From assembly GCF_018350175.1 (NCBI RefSeq), contig NC_058368.1, positions 129,706,001 to 129,770,000 of the forward strand: a stretch of DNA of 64,000 nt, in the 5' to 3' direction. Below, piece by piece: positions 51,676 to 61,845 of the stretch; the stretch's first letter is position 1; each line of letters opens with the position of its first letter. A model generated the notes under the pieces. It was not told the origin of the DNA and ran no database searches. It saw only the letters and a program-made list of their open reading frames with translations. Source of the DNA: Felis catus (lineage: Eukaryota). The position numbers were made by a program, and so were the translations under genes.

Positions 51676-52324
51676 TTTTATTTTAATTTTTTTTCAACGT
51701 TTTTTATTTATTTTTGGGACAGAGAGAGACAGAGCATGAACGGGGGAGGGGCAGAGAGAGAGGGAGACACAGAATCGGAAACAGGCTCCAGGCTCTGAGC
51801 CATCAGCCCAGAGCCTGACGCGGGGCTCGAACTCACGGACCGCGAGATCGTGACCTGGCTGAAGTCGGACGCTTAACCGACTGCGCCACCCAGGCGCCCC
51901 ATTTCCTTTTTTTTTTTTTTTAATGTTTATTTATTTTTGAGACAGAGCATGAACAAGGGAGGGTCAGAGAGAGAGGGAGACACAGAATCTGAAGCAGGCT
52001 CCAGGCTCTGAGCTGTCAGCACAGAGCCCGACGCGGGGCTTGAACTCACGGACTGTGAGATCATGACCTGAGCCGAAGTCGGCCGCTTAACCGACTGAGC
52101 TACCCAGGCGCCCCATTCATTTTCTTTTTTTTTTTTAATTAACTTTTTAGAAAGTTTATTTTAGAGCAAGTGCAAGCAGGGGAGAGGGGCAGATGGAGAG
52201 AGAGACAATCTCAAGCAGGCTCCACGCTCACCTTGGAGCCCAATGTGAGGCTCCTTCTCACAGACCATAATAAGGTCATGACCTGAGCCAAAACCAAGAG
52301 TCAGACTGAAGCACGCAGACGCCC
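51634..52324 (-). mobile_element. Stack of three antisense Can-SINEs (51634-51900 with (TTTA)n tail; 51907-52114; about 52120-52324)
   Basis: Three heads and three T-rich tails; a ttcattttc-like target sequence recurs at the junctions. Confidence 0.93.
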
Positions 52325-52339
52325 TTCTTCGTTTTCTAA

Positions 52340-53245
52340 ATGTTGATGTTCTTCAGGGCTTGATCCTAGCCTTGTAGTACTTCTCACACAGTAATCTCAC
52401 TCTGGGTGGACTAAATGCTTCTCCTCAGCCCTGGCTGGCTACAGATTCTTTGTGTATCTAATGGATTAATAAATATCTCCACATGGCTGTCTCATACATA
52501 CATGTCCAAATTCATCATGTCCAAAATTGAACCCATCACCCACTGCCCAACTCAAAATCCTAGATGTCTTCCTAGACTCCTTGGTGTTTCCCAATGTCAT
52601 GTCCTATCATCAGGTTCTCTTAATATATAACAGCTCAGGTACCTCTTCAATCCATATACTTTTTCCATCCTTCCGCTATAACTTTGTGAGGCTTGCATTA
52701 TGTCTTGCCTGAGCCATCGCAACAAATTTCTAATAGTTATCTCCACCTTTGGTTGATTACTGTTTCAGAGTAACCTTTCAAACCTACAAATTTGGCCCCC
52801 GATCACTTGCTTAAAACTTTCTGTTGCTTAAAACTTTCACACGCTGTGTGTCTGTTGCCCTTTGGCTAAAGCCCAACTTTAGTATAGTTTACTCTAGACC
52901 CTGAACAATCACCTCCCTCTCCAGTCTGATTTTTTGCAACTTACTTGAGGCATTCCAGACACACTGAACTCTTACTAGAATACTACACTTCTGCCTACTG
53001 AATCCATGCTGTTGCTCTTTTTTGTCTCTATTAAACGTTCCGTTCTTCCTTGATTCATAGACTAGGATAGGTCCCCTGCTTTGTGGTCTCCCAGTCCCTT
53101 CTGTTTACTCATAAAAACACTCATGGGATTATATTTGTTTACTTGTCTTTGGTCAGACTCAAGTTGCATTGTATCCTTGGTGCCTGGGACAATGCTTGTT
53201 CATGCTTAGTAAATTATCTATTTTTTGAACCAATGATTAAATGAA
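52340..53245 (+). mobile_element. Degraded L2 LINE
   Basis: atatctccacatggctgtctca...catgtccaaaattgaac...gatcacttgcttaaaac...gtgcctgggacaatgctt. Confidence 0.65.
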
Positions 53246-53586
53246 CTTCTAGCTCTGCTCTTCTCTCACTGCTCTATTTAATTTTGACATTCTGGAAAAA
53301 AATTGATTTGTGTTCATCTTCAGGGTCAAGAGGTATATGTCATTGCTTTTAATGTACACTTTCAACTTTTTTTTTTATTTAATTACCTGTTTTGAATAAT
53401 CATATAGTCCTGTGGTTAATAATTAAGCTGCAAAGGATATATACTGGAAAGTCTATTATATCGCTGCCTCCTAGCCACCTAAGTCTTCTCCCAGGAGATA
53501 ACTGGTATTTCCAGGTTCTTGTATATGTGTGCATGGATTTGTTTTGCATTTTCAAGCAAATATTTGTGAATTTGTGCCTATATGTA

Positions 53587-53610
53587 GTGTGTGTGTGTGT
53601 GTGTGTGTGT
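53587..53610. repeat. (GT)n microsatellite
   Basis: Direct reading. Confidence 0.9.
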
Positions 53611-55312
53611 AGTTGGTTAATAATAACCAATTTATTATTGGTTAAATATAACATAATTCAAGTTGTGCCCAATCTGTAGTTCTTACACAGGCAATAAACT
53701 GTATTGAATAATTTTGAACTTTTGACATTTTTTGCATATTGATGCCTTTATCTGTAGGATAAGGTTCTAGAAATAGAATTGCTGTGTTGGAAAATTTTTA
53801 AAAATAATATTTTTAATTTTGAAAGATCTTGACAATTAGTAAATTGAGAAAATGTGAATTTACCTTCTTAACTGCACAAGTGCCCCTTGCTTCATACCCT
53901 TGTCCACACACTGTACAACATACCTTTTGGAGATTTGCTAGCTTGGATTATAGAATTAGGACTGTGTGTGTAGAATGTTTTCTTTTGATGTTAAATGGCC
54001 CAGAAAAGATAATATACTTAATTTATAAAGTGTTTATGAGGTCCAGACATATAATGAAAAACATTTAAGTTCTAGTGTTATGATAGCTAGGATAGAAAAA
54101 CAAGATGTCGTGTTATGTCTGATAATGAGAAGAAGGTGATGTTTTTAATTAAAAGTTTTTGAAAAATAAACATTATGGTTTTTAACCTAATAAACTTGAG
54201 CAGTCCTACTAAATAAATGGGATTTTTTTTTTCAGACTCTGAACACAGTGAAATAAATGTGTTAACGAAATTACTTGCCTGTATTTCTGTTCATTTGTAG
54301 TTGGTTAACTCACTTAAGTAGATTGCCTCGTTATTTGAGGCCAGATCAAGGAACTGAACCTCTTAAAGCCACTTACGTCTCTGTTCTTTTACTGTCCAAA
54401 ACATCAGCTTTTGCCTGGAAGGGTGGTTGGGTGAAAGTATGTGTATTGTTTATTTGTTCATTCAACCAATAGGTTTCGAGTATTTTAGGCAATGTACTAG
54501 TTTTTGAGTATAAAACAATGGGGTGGGGAGGAAGATCAAAAATATGTCTCCACATGGAGCTTTCATTCATATAGAGGAAGTGGAAGATGCACGGCTATGC
54601 CACTTAATAATTTGTTCTTTTATTAATGGAGAGAAATCACATCAGCATATTTGTTGAAAGGAAGAAGCTGGAGGGATGAGAAGAGGCTGAAAATAAAGAG
54701 CAAGGAAAGATTATCAGTAGGTCAGGATTTTGGAGAACATGGATCAGGTGATCCTTAACATGACCTTTCAAGGCTTTATGTGATCAGGCTCTTACCTTTC
54801 ATGTGTCACCTTATCCACTTACCTCCTTGCTCCCATTGTTGAGCCTCACTGGCTTTCATTTAGTGACTTTTACCTCAGAGCTTTTGCACAAAGTGTTCCC
54901 TTCACCTCAGATGTTTTGTCCCCCACTCTGCTTAATTGTGGCTTTTCGTTTTCATCTTAAACATTATTTCTGCATTTTTCAAAGGGGTCTTTTGTAACTC
55001 TCATAATCAAAATTTGATCTCTCTTCTTATTCTTTCTCAGTACACTTTATTTTTTCATAATAAAATTTGTCACCCTTTGTAAGTATACAGGTCTTTGTGA
55101 TTCTCTATTAGAAATTTAGCGTCAGGTATAGTACGTGGCACATAGCAGGCATTCATTGAGTATTGACTGAGTGAGTTATGAACTTAATGAACTTAACACC
55201 AGCAATGAATTAGATTAGCCATGAGCTTACATCCTCGATAATTTAGGTTTTTAAAAACCTTTTCAGGGTTTTATGGGTTATGAGTGGGGGGACGGATGAG
55301 TAGTCAGAAGTT

Positions 55313-55590
55313 AGGATGTTTAGGGCAGTGAAAATACTGAGTATGGTACTATAATGGTGGGTACATGTCAGTATACACTTGTTCAAACCTATAGATTGTA
55401 CACCAAAAGTGAATCATAATGGGCTTTGGGTGTTGTGTCATTGCAGATATCAGTTATACCAAATGTGCTACCCTGGCAGGGGATGTTGATGATGAGTTAG
55501 GTTGTGCATATGTGAGGGCACAGAGTATTTTGAAAATCCTCTCTTCTGCTTAATTTTGCTGTGTACCTCAGGCTGCTCTAAAAAAAAAAG
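55313..55590 (+). mobile_element. Old L1 3' end (L1MC1-like)
   Basis: ggatgtttagggcagtgaaaatact...actataatggtgggtacatgtca...gctgctctaaaaaaaa. Confidence 0.8.
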
Positions 55591-55600
55591 AGTAAGTCTT

Positions 55601-55786
55601 GGGTGCCTGGGTGGCTCAGTTGGTTAAGCATGTGATTCTTGATTTGGGCTCAGGTCATGATCTCATGGTCGTGAGATCAAGCCCTGTATTCGGTTTGACT
55701 CTGCACTGGTGGAGCCTGTTTAAGATTCTCTTCTTCTCCCTCCTCCTCCCCTCCCCCCTCCAAGCACTTGTGTGCTCTCTCTCTCG

Positions 55787-55863
<77 letters not shown>

Positions 55864-55880
55864 AGTCTTTAAAAAATAAA
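55601..55880 (+). mobile_element. Older Can-SINE with (CT)n(CA)n
   Basis: Head gggtgcctgggtggctcagttggttaag followed by a long CT/CA tract. Confidence 0.9.
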
Positions 55881-55889
55881 ACAAAATGC

Positions 55890-56590
55890 TATAGTCTAGG
55901 AATATACCCAAGAGAACGGGAAATATCTGTCTATATGACAACATGTACATTAATGTTTATAACATTATTCATAATAGCCAAAAGGTGAAAACCCCAGTGG
56001 CCATCAAATGATGAAAAACAAATTGTGGTTTATTCGTATAATGGTATATTCCAACATAGACAAGACGTTGAAAACATTATGCTTGGGATGCCTGGGTGGC
56101 TCAGTTGGTTAAGCGTTCAACTTTTGATCTTGGCTCAAGTCATAGTCTCACGATGTGTGAGATCGAGTCCCTCATCAGGCTCTGCCCTGACATGGGAAGC
56201 TTACTTGGGATTCTCTCTCTCTTCTTCTCTCTGCCCCTCACCTGCTTGCGCTCTGTCTCTGAAAATAAATAAACATTAAAAAAAGAAAAAAAAGAAAAAA
56301 AACCTTCATGTTTAGTGAAAGTTGCCAGTCCAAAGGACCACATTATATGATTTCATTTATATGAAATGTCTAGAATGGGAAATCTATAGAGACAGAAAGT
56401 AGATTAGTGGTTGCTTATTATGGGGAGGGGGTTGTTGGAAGAATGGGGAAGTGATGGCGACAGTATAGGAGGTGTCTTTTTGAAGTGATTAAAATATTAC
56501 AAATGCTAAAAACCATTAAATTGTATACTTTAAATAGATACATGGTATATTATGTAAATTATATCTTAGTAAAGTTTTTTTAAAAAAACT
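55890..56590 (+). mobile_element. Old L1 (L1MB-like) 3' end interrupted by a Can-SINE (56085-56302)
   Basis: ctaggaatatacccaagagaa...cattattcataatagccaaaagg...tatagagacagaaagtagattagtggttgc. Confidence 0.82.
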
Positions 56591-56693
56591 TCATAGGCAA
56601 CAGGGAGTTTTATTTAAATTTGCATTGTTACTAGTAAAGGTGAGCATTTTTCATATTTTTTGTCAATTGTAGTACTTTTTGTCAGCTCCTACT

Positions 56694-56928
56694 TTTTATT
56701 TTTTTATTATTTTTTCATTATTTTTTAATGTTTATTTATTTTTGAGACAGAGAGAGACAGAGCATGAACGGGGGAGGGTCAGAGAGAGAGGGAGACACAG
56801 AATGTGAAGCAGGCTCCAGGCTCTGAGCTGTTAGCACAGAACCCGACGTGGGGCTTGAACTCACAGAGCGTGAGATCATGACCCGAGCCAAAATCAGAAG
56901 CTCAACTGACTGAGCCATCCAGGCGCCC
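56694..56928 (-). mobile_element. Can-SINE (felid type)
   Basis: Complete copy; imperfect TSD tcagctcctact / tcaactcctcct. Confidence 0.92.
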
Positions 56929-57129
56929 TCAACTCCTCCTTTTTTGTTTTGTTTCCTGGACTTGATTGTACTACGTTATCTGAGTTTTCTTCTTACTGCT
57001 TGATCTATTCTTCTTAATCTCTTTTCTATGTTTTTGTTCTTTGTCTCCCTCTTAAATATTGGTGTTTCCCAGTGTTTTATCATTGGTCTTCTTCTATTTC
57101 TCTGCGTTTTCCCTAGTTACTGTGATCTA

Positions 57130-57356
57130 CTTTTCTTTTTTTTTAATTGAGCTAGAACTTACATGTCATAATAACCCTTTTAGGCAATAAATGCAAAAAT
57201 AAGTGAGACTACATTAAAAAGCTTCTGTACAGCAAAGGAAACCATCAACAAAATGAAACGGCCCCAGGAGTTGTTAATTTTGATGAAGTCCGGTTTATTC
57301 ATCTTTTGTTGCTTGTGCTTTTGTTGTTCTAAGAAATTATTTGCCTAATCTAAGGT
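57130..57356 (-). mobile_element. Short rearranged L1 insertion with an internal inverted ORF2 piece
   Basis: T-tail and L1 3' tip (minus), ORF2 piece (plus), ORF2 piece (minus); flanked by tgtgatct(a/g)ctttt. Confidence 0.7.
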
Positions 57357-57938
57357 GTGATCTGCTTTTATGTCCTTTTATAGTTCTTTCCATGACCTGT
57401 ATCACCTAAAATATTTGCATATATTCTTTTCTGCTCTTAACACTCATTCTTGACCTTTCAAAATAGAGAACAAATTAATTTAGCATTTGTGGAAAACAAC
57501 ACTGCAGTGTGAGAGAGGATATTGATAGAGGATAAGTAAGGAAATCCTAGTCTTGACGTTGGCTGTCTTTGTTACCAGAATTGAAGGTTGCTGGCAGTTG
57601 ACTATTATGTGTGTAGTTGTGCATGTAAGTATATTGTGTGTCTTGGATTTAGAGAAATCATAGTAAGCACAACTTAAAACCAGGCATAAAGACATATTCC
57701 GGACGTGGAGTTTAAACTTGAACTATGGTAAAGATGATTTGTTTTGGTTTCTTTCATGATCCTTTCTCCTTAATTACTTTAAAACAGATCTGTGCATGGG
57801 ATTCATTTTATTTAAAACCCTTCCAGCTATACTAAAACATCTGGGAAGAGAAGAAAAATAAATACATTAGAATGGATTTCTTTTAAAAAAGGAGAGTATG
57901 AAAAACCTATAAAATTGTTATCTCTAAATGCTGCAGTA

Positions 57939-58156
57939 GGGGCGCCTGGGTGGCGCAGTTGGTTGGGCGTCCGACTTCAGCCAGGTCACGATCTCGTGGT
58001 CCGTGAGTTCGAGCCCCGCGTCGGGCTCTGGGCTGATGGCTCAGAGCCTGGAGACTGTTTCTGATTCTGTGTCTCCCTCTCTCTCTCTGCCCCTCCCCCG
58101 TTCATGCTCTGTCTCTCTCTGTCCCAAAAATAAATAAACGTTGAAAAAAAAATAAA
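57939..58156 (+). mobile_element. Young SINEC_Fc-type Can-SINE
   Basis: Perfect TSD taaatgctgcagta at 57925-57938 and 58157-58170. Confidence 0.95.
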
Positions 58157-58379
58157 TAAATGCTGCAGTAAATATGGACGATTGATATCTCAGATTTGCT
58201 TCGAAATAATCCATTTGTGGTGGTGGGAGGAATGGCAGTAGGATTGACCATGTGTTCTACATTAATGAAACTGAATGAAGGGCATTTGTTGTTTATAAAT
58301 GTGTTGTATGTGTTTGTAATTTTTCATAACAACTGAAATTTTTAAGATAAAATTTTTTAAAAATGTCTTTTGAGACCAT

Positions 58380-60350
58380 ATCTTTTCAGTTTCAGGTCTT
58401 ACATCTATATATTATCACGTGGATTTCCTGCCAGTATTTCAAATTAAACTCATTAAAAATGGAATCCATTGCCTTTTGTCACCATATTTCTGTGTTTCCT
58501 CTATTCCTTACCTTCGTTAATGGAAACACCCATATACTTGGTTTCCTAAGATAGGAACCTAAGACTTTGCCAACTTTCCTAATGTCATAAAGATTTTTGC
58601 TTCTGATTCACTGTTACTGTCTCCTATCCGATTCCAATCATATTTCTTTGTAATTGCAGCATTCACGTATAGGTGATCACTCCAGTACCCTGGCCTCTCA
58701 GTTCTTTGAACTTCTTCGCTTTCTTTCAGTGATCTTGCTCTTGGCCTTAGCCCACTTACTATATACCTATAGAACTATCTCCCTGATTGCAGATTATCTC
58801 CATAATCTCCGCTTTAGGCATGTACCGTTTTTTCACTTACCACTGAAGTCTTTCCAGCATATTCCTTCCTTCTAATATCCTGATTTCGCTAATCTTTTGA
58901 CCCCACCAGGATTTATAATCCTACTACTTTTTTTTTTATTGTTCCTTATTGTTTTTGTTCCTTATTCCCTTCATGTCCTTACTTCACTTTTTTATAAGCA
59001 CTGCCTCGTTTGTATATCTTCAGCTTCCTTACCCCCTCTGTTGATTGGCAGATCATTCCCTCTCCCTCATGTATATTTTATACCTCTTCGTCCTTTCTTG
59101 ATTGTCTGAAATTGACTGGAGGGGGAGAAAATGACATTTGTGCTGACTGACCACAATTTAAATTCATGGTTGCTTTTTTTTTTTTTTTTTGAATGAGCAA
59201 TCATATCTCTAGTCCATTCATTCTTTCCTGGCCCACTTTTGTCATAAAATCCTTAGTGTTTATTTACTCACCCATACTCTAAGCCGATGACCTTGCTTGC
59301 CATTTCACCACTGAGAAATACAAGCATTCAGAAAATAACTTTTTTTTTTTTTAATTTTTTTTTTCAACGTTTATTTATTTTTGGGACAGAGAGAGACAGA
59401 GCATGAATGGGGGAGGGGCAGAGAGAGAGGGAGACACAGAATCGGAAACAGGCTCCAGGCTCTGAGCCATCAGCCCAGAGCCTGACGTGGGGCTCGAACT
59501 CACGGACCGCGAGATCGTGACCTGGCTGAAGTAGGATGCTTAACCGACTGCGCCACCCAGGCGCCCCAGAAAATAACTTTTTTTTTGAGAGAGAGAGAGA
59601 GAGAGCGCGCGCACATGTGTGTGCATGTGCATGAGTGGGGGAGGGGAAGAGGGGAAGAGGGAGAGGGAGAGAGAGAATGTTAGGCTCCATGCCCAGGATC
59701 CCACGACCCTAAGATCAGGACCTGAGCCGAAATCAAGATTCAGATGCCCAACCGACTCAGCCACCCAGGCACTTCCAGTAAAGAGCTTCTGCAAGTGTAC
59801 TACATGTACCCAAGTACCAGTATCTGCATGTGTAACTCTCTTCCGTATTTTTCCATGAATCAACTTTCTGTTCTGTCTTAGGCCGTTTTTCTCCACGTAT
59901 ATACTAGATCCTATTCCCTTTTCACCTGCCCAAACTTACCACTTCATCTTCTCTCCTGAATTATTTTCATCACCATTGGAAGGCTATTACTTCTGTCATC
60001 TTAAAAAAAATGTCAATCTCACTTTGACATTTAGGCATTGCTCTTAGTTTACCTGATACATTAACAACAGTTGATGCTGTTGATTTACTCTCTCTTTTCT
60101 GAAATGCATTCTTCACTCACCTTTCCGAACTCTGTTACTGATTTTTCTTAATTTCCTCATGCAACTTCTTCATCCTTTTTGCTGGTATCTCATCTCCCTC
60201 ACTTCTGTACATTGAAGACCAGGTTTTCCATCCAAATTCTCTTGGTGATCACATCCACTTTCATTGCCTTAAATACTGTATCATTGTTTTCCAAAACTTC
60301 TTTAATTATTGCCCTCCTTCAAAGTGCTACTTTAGACGTTTTTCTCCTAA
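58380..60350 (+). mobile_element. Degraded L2 LINE segments interrupted by two antisense Can-SINEs (59340-59567 young; 59578-59772 older)
   Basis: Pyrimidine-rich L2 phrases (gatgaccttgcttgccatttcac...gagaaa; ctagatcctattccct); SINE TSD agaaaataact. Confidence 0.65.
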
Positions 60351-61019
60351 TCATACCCCCCCGTGAAGTTTTAATACCCTATATATTCTGTTTATGTACT
60401 ATAGCCCTTTGGAGGGCTACAGGCCATTGTAATATTTAAGATGCCCCCTTCCAAAGAGCCAGTTTTTGCTTTCTTGGGAGCACTATCACCCCTGTTGAGA
60501 ATGCATGATCTGTATGCTGACAGAGTTCAAGCTTTTATCTTTAGCCTAGACCATCCTCAGTATATCAGATATATACTGTATACATGGACACAGTATACCT
60601 CCACTAGATGTCCAATAGGTACCTCAAAAATATGTATAAAACCAACTCATAGTCTGACTTTAGCCCCTGTCCATAATGACCTTCTACGGCTTTATTTTTC
60701 TTTGCACACTTTTTGTTCTAGCCACACTACATTTGGTATTTCACATTTTACCCTAGTGGTAAAAGGGCTTAAAGTAGTGATCGCTTATTTTCTTAATCCA
60801 CATTGGCTTGGCATTGAAAATAGAAATATCCATGGCTCAGAGCCTCTATCATCATAGTCTTCAATAGGTAGGGTGGAGCAGAGATTGTAGTAATCAGTTT
60901 CTGGAAGAAGTAGTGACATTGCAGTCAGGGATTGAGATTTTGGTACAGGGCAGGGAATATGCCGTATCTCTGATCCTTTTTTTTTTTTTAATCATGGTCA
61001 ATATCATTTGAAAGAGAAC

Positions 61020-61378
61020 GTTTTAGTCTATTCTGGATGCTATAACAAAGTACTGTAGTCCAAGTGGCTTGTAAACAACAGACATTTATTTCTCACAGTT
61101 CTGGAAGCTGGAGAGTCCAATCAAGATAAAGGGGCTGGTTGATTGGGTTCCCGATAAGAGCCCTGTTCCTGTCTTGCGGATGGCCTCCTTTTTATTATGT
61201 CCTCACTTGGCGGAGAGAGCATCTCCCTGTTCCTCTTGGAAAGCCACTAATGCCCTCATGAGAGTTCCACCCTCAAGACTTCATCTAACTCCCAAAGCCT
61301 CATCTCCAAACACCATCCTATTGGGGGTTAGGACTCCAACATATGAATTTTCAGGGAGGCGCAATTCGGTCCATAACA
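61020..61378 (-). mobile_element. MaLR solo LTR (MLT1A/B-like)
   Basis: gctataacaaagtac...catttatttctcacagttctggaagctgg...caacatatgaattt...gtccataaca. Confidence 0.85.
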
Positions 61379-61600
61379 AAGGAGTTATGGGTAAATGTTC
61401 TGAATTTGGACTGCTATTCAAGCAATAGAATAATGCATGACGGAATGCATTTTTGTTTAGTGGTTCAGAATGTGACCCCTTTAAAGTTAAACTAATTGAT
61501 TTTTAGTGATGGCTGGTTGACATTGCACTTGTATGACTACAGATTCAGCATTTCCAGGGAAGATTTCATCTATGTCTGTAGCAATTTTGTTTTGAATGTG

Positions 61601-61845
61601 TTTTTTTTTTTAATAAAAATTTTTTTTTTTTTAATTTTACTTATTTTTGAGAGAGAGAGAGAGAGAGACCGAGTGCAAGCAGGGGAGGGGCAGAGAGAGT
61701 GAGACAGAATCTGAAGCAGGCTCTAGGCTCTGAGCTGTCAGCACAAAGCCTGATGATGCGGGGCTTGAACTCATGAACTGTGAGATCATGACCTGAGCCG
61801 AAGTCATGCTCAGATGCTCCCCTGAGCATGTCACGCAGGCTCCCC
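61601..61845 (-). mobile_element. Can-SINE
   Basis: Minus-strand copy with a degenerate head. Confidence 0.88.

Noticed and set aside
446..61834. Recurring ORFs with GAWVAQSV...QVMIS / SGHDL / RERERE motifs resembling a protein family
   Set aside because: These are translations of Can-SINE bodies and (CT)n tracts, not genes.
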